A stretch of 63,584 nt of DNA, the filler included, from Octopus bimaculoides (lineage: Eukaryota), in the NCBI RefSeq assembly GCF_001194135.2. It is 7 parts of 7 records of this genome, joined end to end, with 100 filler letters (N's around TTAATTAATTAA, not from the genome) between each part and the next. Parts side by side here need not be neighbours in the genome. Positions count along the whole stretch, not along the records: positions 18,835 to 45,109 come from NC_068999.1; 6 more parts are not named here. One strand, 5' to 3'. Below are positions 25,179 to 39,770 of this stretch, piece after piece (position 1 is the stretch's first letter; each line of letters starts with the position of its first letter). The position numbers and the translations under genes are program-made. The notes beneath the pieces are model-generated. The model had not been told where the DNA came from, made no database searches, and worked only from the letters and a program-made list of their open reading frames with translations.

Positions 25179-25574
25179 CAGATATTATAGTTTCACTGAA
25201 CATTCTGGAAAGGAAATCGTGACATCGTGTTGCTGTTGAATTCTTCTCCGCTGTTTCATTTTTCGTTATGAAAATTCCTCTCGTGACACGAATACAAAAG
25301 TATTTAGCTCAGAAATGTCGTCAGCGGAAAAAGAAAATAAAAACAAGACAAAAGGTAAAAGAAAAAAAAGAAAAAGAAAGAAAGTAAAAAGGGCCAACGT
25401 ATATTGAATATTACTATTAAAAATATCGATTGTATACAGCACCAATAGCTTGTATTGTAATTTCGATAGCGTAATGGAGGATGTGTGTAGGACGGAAACG
25501 AAGGATACGGAGGAACGATGGAGTTGCGTATCGGGAATATCAATGACTTCAGTTTGGAAGAATATGTGTGTATA

Positions 25575-25624
<50 letters not shown>

Positions 25625-26329
25625 TATATATTCACACACACATATATATATATGCATATATATCTATATATGTGTGTGTGTATGTATATATATGGTATAT
25701 ATATATATATNNNNNNNNNNNNNNNNNNNNNNNNNNNNNNNNNNNNNNNNNNNNNNNNNNNNNNNNNNNNNNNNNNNNNNNNNNNNNNNNNNNNNNNNNN
25801 NNNNNNNNNNNNNNNNNNNNNNNNNNNNNNNNNNNNNNNNNNNNNNNNNNNNNNNNNNNNNNNNNNNNNNNNNNNNNNNNNNNNNNNNNNNNNNNNNNNN
25901 NNNNNNNNNNNNNNNNNNNNNNNNNNNNNNNNNNNNNNNNNNNNNNNNNNNNNNNNNNNNNNNNNNNNNNNNNNNNNNNNNNNNNNNNNNNNNNNNNNNN
26001 NNNNNNNNNNNNNNNNNNNNNNNNNNNNNNNNNNNNNNNNNNNNNNNNNNNNNNNNNNNNNNNNNNNNNNNNNNNNNNNNNNNNNNNNNNNNNNNNNNNN
26101 NNNNNNNNNNNNNNNNNNNNNNNNNNNNNNNNNNNNNNNNNNNNNNNNNNNNNNNNNNNNNNNNNNNNNNNNNNNNNNNNNNTGCATACATACATTATAC
26201 GCATATGCATCTATGTATGTATGCGTCGTAACATACCGACAACATATTTTTATCGCATCAACAAAGCTCCACCCCCTCTCTCTCTCCCCTCTCCCCACTC
26301 TCCCCTTCTCTCTCCTCCCTCTCTCTCTC

Positions 26330-26387
<58 letters not shown>

Positions 26388-26685
26388 AAGTAGGTAACCT
26401 CGGTAACGTAGCTTGCAGGCACAGCGATAATAAATAGATATCAACAGATACCAAGAACATCAGCAACGACAGTAATAAAGATAATAAGCGTTGCTTAAGT
26501 AATAAAAAGAGAAATAATAATTCCAGCCATAATAACTGCAATAATATATGAAGTGTAAAAGACGAAAAAAGACGAAAAAGAAAAAAAGAAAAAAAAGAAA
26601 AAGAAAGAAATAAGATATTAAAGAAAAGAATGAGTGACGCGAAGGGCGAATGAACGAATGAAAGGAAGGTAAGAAGAAAGAGGAG

Positions 26686-28035
26686 AGAGAGAGATGGAGA
26701 CAGAGAGTGAGAGATGGGGACAGAGAGAGAGATGGAGACAGAGAGAGAGAGATGGAGACAGAGAGAGAGATGGAGACAGAGAGAGGGAGATGGAGACAGA
26801 GAGAGAGAGATGGAGACAGAGAGTGAGAGATGGAGACAGAGAGAGAGAGATGGAGACAGAGAGTGAGAGATGGAGACAGAGAGAGAGATGGAGACACAGA
26901 GAGAGANNNNNNNNNNNNNNNNNNNNNNNNNNNNNNNNNNNNNNNNNNNNNNNNNNNNNNNNNNNNNNNNNNTGGGGACAGAGAGAGAGATGGAGACAGA
27001 GAGAGAGAGATGGAGACAGAGAGAGAGATGGAGACAGAGAGAGGGAGATGGAGACAGAGAGAGAGAGATGGAGACAGAGAGTGAGAGATGGAGACAGAGA
27101 GAGAGAGATGGAGACAGAGAGTGAGAGATGGAGACAGAGAGAGAGATGGAGACACAGAGAGAGAGATGGAGACAGAGAGAGATGGAGACAGAGAGAGAGA
27201 TGGAGACAGAGAGAGAGAGATGGAGACACAGAGAGAGATGGAGACAGAGAGAGGGAGATGGAGACAGAGAGAGAGAGAGATGGAGACAGAGAGTGAGAGA
27301 TGGAGACAGAGAGAGAGAGATGGAGACAGAGAGAGAGATGGAGACAGAGAGAGAGGGAGATGGAGACAGAGAGAGAGAGATNNNNNNNNNNNNNNNNNNN
27401 NNNNNNNNNNNNNNNNNNNNNNNNNNNNNNNNNNNNNNNNNNNNNNNNNNNNNNNNNNNNNNNNNNNNNNNNNNNNNNNNNNNNNNNNNNNNNNNNNNNN
27501 NNNNNNNNNNNNNNNNNNNNNNNNNNNNNNNNNNNNNNNNNNNNNNNNNNNNNNNNNNNGAGACAGAGAGTGAGAGATGGAGACAGAGAGAGAGAGATGG
27601 AGACAGAGAGTGAGAGATGGAGACAGAGAGAGAGATGGAGACACAGAGAGAGGGAGATGGAGACAGAGAGAGAGAGATGGAGACAGAGAGAGAGAGAGAT
27701 GGAGACAGAGAGTGAGATGGAGACAGAGAGAGAGAGATGGAGACAGAGAGAGAGATGGAGACAGAGAGAGAGAGATGGAGACAGAGAGTGAGAGATGGAG
27801 ACAGAANNNNNNNNNNNNNNNNNNNNNNNNNNNNNNNNNNNNNNNNNNNNNNNNNNNNNNNNNNNNNNNNNTGAGATGGAGACAGAGAGAGAGAGATGGA
27901 GACAGAGAGAGAGATGGAGACAGAGAGAGAGAGATGGAGACAGAGAGTGAGAGATGGAGACAGAAAGAGAGATGGAGACAGAGAGAGAGAGATGGAGACA
28001 GAGAGAGATGGAGACAGAGAGAGAGATAGAGACAG
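26686..28035. repeat. Purine-rich minisatellite (GATGGAGACAGAGAGAGA)n, 16-22-bp variants
   Basis: Read directly; explains the METERE/RWRQRE/DGDRER pseudo-ORFs. Confidence 0.95.
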
Positions 28036-28661
28036 AGAGAAAGAGAAAGAAATATAAGACACTGCACGAATGAAAGAACGAGAGAGGAAGAAATGATAGG
28101 AGAGCAAGATAAAATATGAAACCAAGCAGAGCAACGAAAATATTCTTCGCGTGAATGAACTCCCTAATTCTTCGGGTTTCATTTGATGTCATAAGCTTCA
28201 CATATTCCTGCGAAAGCTGTTAGTATTGTTGCAATTGTTGTTGTTGTTGTTGTTGGTGGTGGTGTTGTTCTTTCCAAGGCGACGCTATTGTTCGTCAGCC
28301 AATTTGAACGGTAAAAGAAAGAACGAAAGAATAAAGAAAGAAAAAAATAAATAATAAATAATAAATGATAAATAAAAACAACAACAACAACGAACAAAAA
28401 AGAAAATCCATATCTGAACATTAATATCTGATATAAATGGATCTAACGTCGGTTTTGGGCGAAAAGTATTCCAGTTCTTCGATAAACTGAACAACCCCAG
28501 CCGTTTTGCTGTTATTGTGTAAGTGGTTGAACAGCACACACAAGTCTAACGAAGCGTGAGGTTGCAGGCGCGTTTTGACCGTTGGTTATACACAATTGCC
28601 GCTATTACTGTACAGATAGGAAGAGCTCCATAGATATACATTATATATATATATATGTATT

Positions 28662-28706
<45 letters not shown>

Positions 28707-29235
28707 GTATGNNNNNNNNNNNNNNNNNNNNNNNNNNNNNNNNNNNNNNNNNNNNNNNNNNNNNNNNNNNNNNNNNNNNNNNNNNNNNNNNNNNNNNNNN
28801 NNNNNNNNNNNNNNNNNNNNNNNNNNNNNNNNNNNNNNNNNNNNNNNNNNNNNNNNNNNNNNNNNNNNNNNNNNNNNNNNNNNNNNNNNNNNNNNNNNNN
28901 NNNNNNNNNNNNNNNNNNNNNNNNNNNNNNNNNNNNNNNNNNNNNNNNNNNNNNNNNNNNNNNNNNNNNNNNNNNNNNNNNNNNNNNNNNNNNNNNNNNN
29001 NNNNNNNNNNNNNNNNNNNNNNNNNNNNNNNNNNNNNNNNNNNNNNNNNNNNNNNNNNNNNNNNNNNNNNNNNNNNNNNNNNNNNNNNNNNNNNNNNNNN
29101 NNNNNNNNNNNNNNNNNNNNNNNNNNNNNNNNNNNNNNNNNNNNNNNNNNNNNNNNNNNNNNNNNNNNNNNNNNNNNNNNNNNNNNNNNNNNNNNNNNNN
29201 NNNNNNNNNNNNNNNNNNNNNNNNNNNNNNNNNNN

Positions 29236-29465
29236 GGTTCCAGTTGATTCGATCAACGGAACAGCTTGCTTGTGAGATTAACGTGCAAGTGGCTGAGCAC
29301 TCCACAGACACGCGTACTCCTTCACATACTTCTCAGGGTAATTCAGTGTGACACAGAATGTGACATGGCTGGCTCCTCGAAATACAGGTGCTACTCATTT
29401 GTGGCAGCTGAGTGAACTGGTGCAATGTGAAATAAAGTGTCTTGCTCAAGGACACAACGTATTTC
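29236..29465 (-). mobile_element. SINE with a family C-type tail on a family D-type body
   Basis: ggttccagttgattcgatcaacggaacagc..cagtgtgacacag..gagtgaactggtgcaatgtgaaataaagtgtcttgctcaaggacacaac. Confidence 0.75.
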
Positions 29466-30217
29466 ACTCAAACGGCATTTAGCTAATTTCACTATAGCCC
29501 GAGTACTATTAGGCTATTGTAAAAAGCGTAAGAAATTTCGCGTTGCTACCCCAAGATCGAATTCCAACCCAGAAAGATATTGATGGATATAAATAGCAGC
29601 GAATCTAAAGACATGAACGAAAACATTTAATGGCATGCTGTAAAAAATAAAACAGACGTAAATACGTTTCGTTATTCTCATTGCATTCAGCTAGATTTAA
29701 TACCTGCAGGAAATAAGCTTCGTTGACATTTTAGAGAAAGCTATCGATAAACAACGAACAATATGTTCTCCGTTTATAGACATTTCCTGGAAGATCTTGG
29801 AAAGAATATCATAGCAACGTCATCTGCTGTTTCCAAAACTCGGTCTTAAAAGCAATTGTTTGGGTATTCGAAGGATATTGTCTGTTTCAGGACAATGTTA
29901 ATTGGTTTAGGAAAACGATATAGTTATAACATTCATCATTATATAGATATGTTCATATGGACGTATATGTGTTTATGTATGTGTTTATGTATGTATGTAT
30001 GTATGTATGTATGTATGTATGTATGTATGTATGTATGTATGTGCATGTATGTTATTGTATGAACTGTGTGTTTATTTAGACGTGTGTATACATATACGTA
30101 TGTTTCTATATCTACACGCACGTATATATACATATCATTAGACTAAGCATTTACGTATATAATATAAAGTACGTACACACACACAGACACAGACACAGAC
30201 ACACGCACACAGACACA

Positions 30218-30253
<36 letters not shown>

Positions 30254-30286
30254 TATATGTATGTGTATCTGTCTCTTTCTCGATAT

Positions 30287-30603
30287 CAGGGTGCGGTGAA
30301 TAAACTATTGTCTAAATTACACAAAAATGAAAATAACACTGATATCTCATTTTAATGGATATAGTTACCAAAACTGTATAAAAATATCTCGAATTGCTAA
30401 AGAGTAAATTTATTCAATAAAATCGCCATTTGCTTCAACCACGGCCTCCAGACGACTTCGGAACCACATGCAACTCTTCTGCACAGTCTCCTTGTTTAAG
30501 GTGGTGAATGCTGCCATGATCTTTGCCTTCAGTTCATCTTTGGTGTTACAAGGAGTTTTGCTGGTCTCTCGCTCAACTGCGCCTCTTACATAACAATCAA
30601 GGG
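30287..30603 (-). mobile_element. Tc1/mariner (maT/DD37D-like) transposon 3' end with transposase C-terminus
   Basis: Minus strand 30603-30410 gives PLDCYVRGAVERETSKTPCNTKDELKAKIMAAFTTLNKETVQKSCMWFRSRLEAVVEANGDFIE*. A terminal cagggtg motif lies at 30287. Confidence 0.88.
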
Positions 30604-30666
30604 AGCCGCTAAGTTATGGGGACGTGAACACACTAACATCGGTTGTCAAGCAATAGTAGAGGACAA

Positions 30667-30701
<35 letters not shown>

Positions 30702-31401
30702 CATACATACATATATACATACATATATATATATNNNNNNNNNNNNNNNNNNNNNNNNNNNNNNNNNNNNNNNNNNNNNNNNNNNNNNNNNNNNNNNNNN
30801 NNNNNNNNNNNNNNNNNNNNNNNNNNNNNNNNNNNNNNNNNNNNNNNNNNNNNNNNNNNNNNNNNNNNNNNNNNNNNNNNNNNNNNNNNNNNNNNNNNNN
30901 NNNNNNNNNNNNNNNNNNNNNNNNNNNNNNNNNNNNNNNNNNNNNNNNNNNNNNNNNNNNNNNNNNNNNNNNNNNNNNNNNNNNNNNNNNNNNNNNNNNN
31001 NNNNNNNNNNNNNNNNNNNNNNNNNNNNNNNNNNNNNNNNNNNNNNNNNNNNNNNNNNNNNNNNNNNNNNNNNNNNNNNNNNNNNNNNNNNNNNNNNNNN
31101 NNNNNNNNNNNNNNNNNNNNNNNNNNNNNNNNNNNNNNNNNNNNNNNNNNNNNNNNNNNNNNNNNNNNNNNNNNNNNNNNNNNNNNNNNNNNNNNNNNNN
31201 NNNNNNNNNNNNNNNNNNNNNNNNNNNNNNNNNNNNNNNNNNNNNNNNNNNNNNNNNNNNNNNNNNNNNNNNNNNNNNNNNNNNNNNNNNNNNNNNNNNN
31301 NNNNNNNNNNNNNNNNNNNNNNNNNNNNNNNNNNNNNNNNNNNNNNNNNNNNNNNNNNNNNNNNNNNNNNNNNNNNNNNNNNNNNNNNNNNNNNNNNNNN
31401 N

Positions 31402-31544
31402 AAAATAAGCAACATATTTACCGAAAGCGAGGGAATGCAGCTTTTCAAAATTTATCTCTTAAAAACATTTAACTCAACGGTTTTTAAGAGATGAATTTTG
31501 AAAAGCTGCATTCCCTCGCTTTTGGTAAATATGTTGCTTATTTT
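31402..31544. repeat. 65-bp inverted repeat with a 13-nt loop
   Basis: Arms 31402-31466 and 31480-31544 differ at only two positions. Confidence 0.95.
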
Positions 31545-31819
31545 TGGTAGTTTTTTTACTTATTTAGTCCCTCGATAGCGTGAGGCATTGATACACAGTT
31601 AATGCCCTTTATATATAATCATATATATAGATATATATATATATTTATGTATATACATATATATATACGTATATATATAATTGTATGTATGTATATGTAT
31701 ATCATGTGCTAATCGTTGAACAAGTATGCATGTATCTCCAGATTTCCGGTAAGTCTTGCAATTTCTTGCTTACTTGTAATTCGGAAAGGTTTAATCTCAT
31801 CATAGAGAAGTAAATAAAA

Positions 31820-31839
31820 CAACAACAACAACAACAACA

Positions 31840-31883
<44 letters not shown>

Positions 31884-33090
31884 CAACAACAACAACATCA
31901 GGATTGAGTATTATGTACGAAATCGAAACCTGGTCAAATCGTATCGATATCAAGTGAGCTTTTAAGCCTCTCTGAGCCTCTCAGCAACTCGTGCCAGTCA
32001 CTGCTGTATTCCTTCCTCCGATTTTATTCTAAGTCTTCATTCGGTTTTTCTCCAAGAGCTGCTTCTGTCTTTACCAAAATAGATGTGATGGATGCAGTTT
32101 GACAGACACGCTCTTTGAAATATCTGCCAATCATTCCTTTCAGCGGACCATTAAAATGGGTCTGATTAGATCCTGCTTATTACCTAGAACGATGATAACA
32201 AGAACAACAACAACAACAACAGCGACGACGACGACGACAGCAGCAGTGACAACAACAATGATCACCACAACAGCAACTTCTGCAAAAACAACGTCAACAA
32301 CACCGAAAGCAATGAGGAATACAACGGCAAAATACAACCGCGAAACAACCATGAAATAGGCGCCAGAATAACAGCAACAACAACAACAATGATTCCAGTG
32401 ATAAATAACATTTACAGGAACAGCAAGAACAGGAACAATATTAGCAAAAACGACCAAAAGAAATGGGATTAAACACGAAGTAATTATAATAATAATAATA
32501 AAAGCAAGGATAAATTGCGACATCGTCGAAGAGATCGTCACAAATCAATGAAGAAGCGGCCAAGTGGTTCACCTCGACCTGCTAGAAATAGTAACGAAAG
32601 TGCTGTCAAGTCACAGCCCCGGTGGGGCCAGGGGAAACTGTGGTAGGGCGTGGTGCCAAAGTCACCAGACACGAGGGTCTCATTAAAGAGATTCGCGTTG
32701 TTCTTCTTAGTCAAAAAAGTACTTTTTTTTTGTACTTAGTACTTAATAAAAGAGATACCGCAACAAACACAGCAGCAACAACAGCAACATCAACAGCAGC
32801 AGCAGCAGCAGCAACAAACAGCAGCAACAAAGGCGACAGTTGAGCATGGAGAGTATTTAAGAGCGATCGCAGAGAATTGGTGTCCAGAACCACCCACACA
32901 CGTCGATTGGGAAAACAGCAATTGCAACCGAACCAACAACAACAACAACAACAACAACATTTTATATCTAGCGGGTACTACCACTACCATCACCGCTGAC
33001 ACCGTGCCTCCGTCGCTACAACAGGCAGCAACAGCAGGATAACGATTATAACAATTACTCCTACTGCTACTACTACTACAACTGCTGCTG

Positions 33091-33142
<52 letters not shown>

Positions 33143-33160
33143 AAGATATCAACAGCGACT

Positions 33161-33193
<33 letters not shown>

Positions 33194-33200
33194 GCGTCAA
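31820..33200. repeat. Mosaic (AAC)/(AAT)/(AGC)/(ACT) trinucleotide low-complexity region
   Basis: Read directly; the source of poly-T, poly-V and poly-S pseudo-ORFs. Confidence 0.85.
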
Positions 33201-34101
33201 GGAAACAGTNNNNNNNNNNNNNNNNNNNNNNNNNNNNNNNNNNNNNNNNNNNNNNNNNNNNNNNNNNNNNNNNNNNNNNNNNNNNNNNNNNNNNNNNNNN
33301 NNNNNNNNNNNNNNNNNNNNNNNNNNNNNNNNNNNNNNNNNNNNNNNNNNNNNNNNNNNNNNNNNNNNNNNNNNNNNNNNNNNNNNNNNNNNNNNNNNNN
33401 NNNNNNNNNNNNNNNNNNNNNNNNNNNNNNNNNNNNNNNNNNNNNNNNNNNNNNNNNNNNNNNNNNNNNNNNNNNNNNNNNNNNNNNNNNNNNNNNNNNN
33501 NNNNNNNNNNNNNNNNNNNNNNNNNNNNNNNNNNNNNNNNNNNNNNNNNNNNNNNNNNNNNNNNNNNNNNNNNNNNNNNNNNNNNNNNNNNNNNNNNNNN
33601 NNNNNNNNNNNNNNNNNNNNNNNNNNNNNNNNNNNNNNNNNNNNNNNNNNNNNNNNNNNNNNNNNNNNNNNNNNNNNNNNNNNNNNNNNNNNNNNNNNNN
33701 NNNNNNNNNNNNNNNNNNNNNNNNNNNNNNNNNNNNNNNNNNNNNNNNNNNNNNNNNNNNNNNNNNNNNNNNNNNNNNNNNNNNNNNNNNNNNNNNNNNN
33801 NNNNNNNNNNNNNNNNNNNNNNNNNNNNNNNNNNNNNNNNNNNNNNNNNNNNNNNNNNNNNNNNNNNNNNNNNNNNNNNNNNNNNNNNNNNNNNNNNNNN
33901 NNNNNNNNNNNNNNNNNNNNNNNNNNNNNNNNNNNNNNNNNNNNNNNNNNNNNNNNNNNNNNNNNNNNNNNNNNNNNNNNNNNNNNNNNNNNNNNNNNNN
34001 NNNNNNNNNNNNNNNNNNNNNNNNNNNNNNNNNNNNNNNNNNNNNNNNNNNNNNNNNNNNNTGTGTGTGTGTATATATGTTGATATACAATGTATGTGTG
34101 A

Positions 34102-34132
<31 letters not shown>

Positions 34133-34710
34133 CATATACATATACATATACTATATGGATGAGCGTGTGTAGGTGTATATCAAATGTTCCTTATTATCTA
34201 TCATTGCTGTTGTTGTTGTTGTTGTTGTTGTTGTTATGACAGCATACGTTGTCATGGCTACATTACCTCATGGTTCGCTACGCTCTTACACTTCTCTCTA
34301 CTTTCACTTTGTGAGAGAGGACTGTTTCTCCAACTGTCTTCCTCTAAAGACGACAAAAGAGACAGGTTTTCACAAGTATGCACATGCATACATGCATATA
34401 TATACGTCATACATACACGCATACATACATTCATACATACATACATACATACATACCCACGAACGTACATACATATATACATACATACGTACGTACATAA
34501 ATACATATATATATATATATACATGCATGCATACGTACATACTTACGCATACATTTGCAGTCACCTGCAAATGTGCGTATACATATCTATACTCTGTATA
34601 TGTCTACACGCGTGCACAGATATGTATGTATATATATATATATATAGATATGTATGTATGTATGTATGTATGTCTGTATGTATGTATGTATGTATCTATC
34701 TATCTATCTA

Positions 34711-34764
<54 letters not shown>

Positions 34765-36399
34765 NNNNNNNNNNNNNNNNNNNNNNNNNNNNNNNNNNNN
34801 NNNNNNNNNNNNNNNNNNNNNNNNNNNNNNNNNNNNNNNNNNNNNNNNNNNNNNNNNNNNNNNNNNNNNNNNNNNNNNNNNNNNNNNNNNNNNNNNNNNN
34901 NNNNNNNNNNNNNNNNNNNNNNNNNNNNNNNNNNNNNNNNNNNNNNNNNNNNNNNNNNNNNNNNNNNNNNNNNNNNNNNNNNNNNNNNNNNNNNNNNNNN
35001 NNNNNNNNNNNNNNNNNNNNNNNNNNNNNNNNNNNNNNNNNNNNNNNNNNNNNNNNNNNNNNNNNNNNNNNNNAACAAAACGTACAAATTTGCACATATG
35101 CATACATACATACATACATACATACATACATACATACATACATACCCTGTTATTGATGTTGAAATTCCAATGAAGGAGCCTTGGGTTTAGGTTAGAAACC
35201 AGCTCTTTCTCTATTGGCAAGAAATCTTGAAATAAAACTGGACAATGACATACATACATACATACATACATACATACATAAAACTTACATACATATGTAC
35301 TTAGGTACATAGGTACGTACATACAAGTATATATAGATACATACATACATGCATGCATACATATATACATATATGCATGCATACATATATACATATATGC
35401 ATACATTACATACGTAGCACATATATCCATATATACATAAGTACAAGCATACATAGGCACATATAAACACACACACATACAGGTACGTATGTACGTACAT
35501 GCATACATACATACATACAGACATACGTACGTACATACATACATATATATACATATCCACACTCCGACTGGTCGTATATGGTGTGTTCAGTTTCTTCTAC
35601 ATAAGCTAATCATGGATGTACACGCGGGTATTGTCATACATACAGTTAACGAAGCCACCATGTTGTTTACTCTCTTTACTTATTAGCTCAACCCACTACC
35701 CCTCTTCTCCTTTTGCCCTTGTCTACCGCCTTCCTCTGAATGCATCTCTCTTTATTTCGTTCCTCCACACCCGATTAGTTCTTTAGTTCTTTCGCCGTTA
35801 CCTCACTTCCCATTCTTTCCCACAACACCACCACCCCACCACCACCACCAACCTGGTGTAAATGAATTTGAAGTCTGCATCTCGTTCAGTCAATACGTAC
35901 GATTGTCTTCTGCGAGTATTTGGATACTAAGTGTAAACTACACCGCCGATTCTCTAAATATTGTGAAAGCTGTTCTTTACATATATTAATATTTGCAGCA
36001 AAGATATTCAGTTGTGTCTTGAAAAGTATACTATTAATGGTGAATGTATGTATTCATGTATATATGTATGTATATATGTATGTATGTATGTTTATATATG
36101 TATAGATGTATATGTGTATGTAGGTATATATGTATGTTTATATATGTATGTTTATATATGTCTATATGTATGTAGGTATATATGTATGTTTATATGCATG
36201 TATATATGCAGATATATATGCATGTATGTATGTATGTATGTATGTATGTATATATGTATATATGTACATATGTATGTATGTATGCATATATGTATGCATG
36301 CATGTATGTATGTATTTATGANNNNNNNNNNNNNNNNNNNNNNNNNNNNNNNNNNNNNNNNNNNNNNNNNNNNNNNNNNNNNNNNNNNNNNNNNNNATG

Positions 36400-36438
<39 letters not shown>

Positions 36439-36797
36439 CATATATGTAAATATACATATGCATGTGTATACACGTACATATATATGTATATATGCATATA
36501 TATATCAATGTATATATGTATATATTTATATATATACATATGCATGTTTATAAACGTATATATATATATATATNNNNNNNNNNTATATATGTATATATAT
36601 ATATGTGTGTGTATATATATATGCATGCAGATGTGTGTGCATTATAGATATATAGATGTATGTGTCTATGCATGTATGTACATATGTATATCCGTGTTAG
36701 TGTGTATCAGTAAATCTTTGTATTGAATATATTCAACCGAAAGAGAGGGAGAGAGAGAATAAGAGAGAGAAAGAGAATGAAAGAGAGAGAGAGTGAA

Positions 36798-36846
<49 letters not shown>

Positions 36847-36876
36847 GGGAAGCATACAGACAGACAGACAGGGAAG

Positions 36877-36912
<36 letters not shown>

Positions 36913-37799
36913 ATGAAACAGAGAGAGAAATTGAAAGAAAGTAATGTTTTTAATAGAGTTTTCATAGATTTTATAGTATTTTCCCTTCTGTATTGGTTTT
37001 TCGATTTATTTTTAGTGAATGTTTTCAATTTTACTTGTTTACTTCTGTGCAAAGGCGAAGATAGCAGACGTGTTTCTCACCCTTGTCGACCTTACCAATG
37101 TAATATTTTGAGAAAACTGATAAAATGAAGAAGAAAAAAAGATAGAAAAGCGATAAAATATATATGTAATATTTTGTTATATTATTATCTGATATGAATT
37201 ACTTAAATAAATGTTTATTTTTTTATGTATTTATTATTCAGTTCTGTTGAAACATATTGATAAATTTGTAATATATTGAAAAATATATAAATAATTAAAG
37301 CTTGTAAATGTTTAAGTGCAGTTTAACATATGTATTGTAATGAATCAGAATTAATTTTTAATCAATAGAAATTCCGTTCGTAATGAGAATAGAAATCGTC
37401 TGCTTTTAACTGAAGAGAAGTCGTCTCCTTTTAATGATAATACTTCTCAAGAAAAACAAGGGAGAGAAGTTTGTAGTGACAACAAAGTTGAAATACAATA
37501 TGAGACTGACAGTTCACATCTCGGCACTGGTGCTGGTCCTGATCCACAAACCAAATGATTTAGATCAGTAAGAGTACGAACCTGTGAGTGGCCTTCTACA
37601 TAAATGGCTGACCAATTAGAAATAGCAGCTAAATATCTCAACGGAGTAAAATACAAGACACTGTTATTTATCTATCACCTTTTCTTGTTTCCCTTAGTTT
37701 ATAAATTCCATTATTTCAAGAGCAACGACAAAAAATATTCAAAATATTTTGGAACTGTTTATAACTGGCTTTTGTCTTTAATAACTCATAAACCTTTTA

Positions 37800-38180
37800 T
37801 ATTTTACTTGTATCAGTCATTTGACTGCGGTCATGCTGGGGCACCGACTTGAAGGGTTTTAGTCGAACAAATCAAGCAACAAGAGTTATTATTTTTTTAA
37901 AGCATAACACTTATTCTATAGATGGGTTTTACTGAACCGCTAAGTAAACACACCAGCACCGGTTGTCGAGTGGTGGTGGCGGACAAACACAGACACAAAC
38001 TCACATACACATAGATATACACATACACAAACATATATATATATATACATATATATACACGGCGGGTTTTGGTTGGGCCGTGGCTTTAGTAGAAGACACT
38101 TGCCCAAGGTGCCACGCAGTGGAACTGAACCCGTAACTATGTAGTTGGGAAGCAAGTTTCTTAGCAGACAGTCATGCTTG
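37800..38180 (-). mobile_element. Near full-length SINE family B
   Basis: Reverse complement of the 11733-12120 architecture, from ttttacttgtatcagtcatttgactgcggtcatgctggggcacc to ttgggaagcaagtttcttagcagacagtcatg. Confidence 0.85.
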
Positions 38181-39770
38181 CGCCTAATATTAAAAAATAA
38201 AAAGATTGTTTCAAAAAAATCAATTCGTAGAACAAGATTTTTCAAGTCTTAAAAAATACAGCAACTTTGGATAATTTGGTCTTGTGAACGTCATGTCTAA
38301 ACCACAAAACACAGGTAGGTCACAGAGCTTGGACACCTTTGTTCATTGGCCTTCTGGCTGAAGACTGACCTGAGTTGCTAAACAACAACAATAACAACAG
38401 CAGCAGCAAGAACAGCGACTGCAAAAAACAGTAACGGCTCCGTCAAGTACAATATCTGAGATTCGTTATTTTATTCCTAGCAACCTCAGGAAATTTAATG
38501 AGATTTCTCATCCAGTCTCAGACAATTGGACCCAATTGTAACGATTTGTCGCGTTATTTGATCGAAATTTTTGTCCGATTGGAGAATCGTCTGCAACAGT
38601 GCCCGCCCCCCACCGTAACCCGCCTCCGCTCCACTGCAACCAGCATTGAAATCGTCATGCGCAGCTCTCCGTCCCTTTGTTGTTGTGGTTGGTGAAAAAG
38701 TGGTGGTGGTGGTGGTGGTGGTGGTGGTGGCGGCGGCGGTGACGGCGGTGACAAGCGGCGACAGTANNNNNNNNNNNNNNNNNNNNNNNNNNNNNNNNNN
38801 NNNNNNNNNNNNNNNNNNNNNNNNNNNNNNNNNNNNNNNNNNNNNNNNNNNNNNNNNNNNNNNNNNNNNNNNNNNNNNNNNNNNNNNNNNNNNNNNNNNN
38901 NNNNNNNNNNNNNNNNNNNNNNNNNNNNNNNNNNNNNNNNNNNNNNNNNNNNNNNNNNNNNNNNNNNNNNNNNNNNNNNNNNNNNNNNNNNNNNNNNNNN
39001 NNNNNNNNNNNNNNNNNNNNNNNNNNNNNNNNNNNNNNNNNNNNNNNNNNNNNNNNNNNNNNNNNNNNNNNNNNNNNNNNNNNNNNNNNNNNNNNNNNNN
39101 NNNNNNNNNNNNNNNNNNNNNNNNNNNNNNNNNNNNNNNNNNNNNNNNNNNNNNNNNNNNNNNNNNNNNNNNNNNNNNNNNNNNNNNNNNNNNNNNNNNN
39201 NNNNNNNNNNNNNNNNNNNNNNNNNNNNNNNNNNNNNNNNNNNNNNNNNNNNNNNNNNNNNNNNNNNNNNNNNNNNNNNNNNNNNNNNNNNNNNNNNNNN
39301 NNNNNNNNNNNNNNNNNNNNNNNNNNNNNNNNNNNATATATATATATATATATATATATATATACGTGAAATAACACAACTGGAACGAGAGTATCAAGAA
39401 GCGGTCAGTGGGGCTATGTGACAGGTTATAGCAGGCAGAAAACAGTTCGAAGGGTTAGGGACAAAATGTAAAGACACGATAAAGTAGCAATAAAATTTGT
39501 GCACAGTGAATAGAGCGCCGAAAAATTGGAATGAAATATGCTGATGTTTCGGATGAACCGTTTATCAAAGTAGAGTAAGAAAGACAGAAAAGGAACAAGA
39601 CCAAAAACGATATCTGTTTGAAGTATAAATGTATCTTTCCGCTACATGTTGAAGGGGTACACACACTCAGACATATACACATACATATAGATATATGTTT
39701 CGATGTGTGTGTGAACACACACATAACACGCACATACAAGCACACACACACACATATATATATTGTTGTT

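Noticed and set aside
37365-37570. Plus-strand open frame NRNSVRNENR..GAGPDPQTK*
   Set aside because: Weak acceptor, no recognisable domain and no partner exon found; cannot be supported without RNA data.
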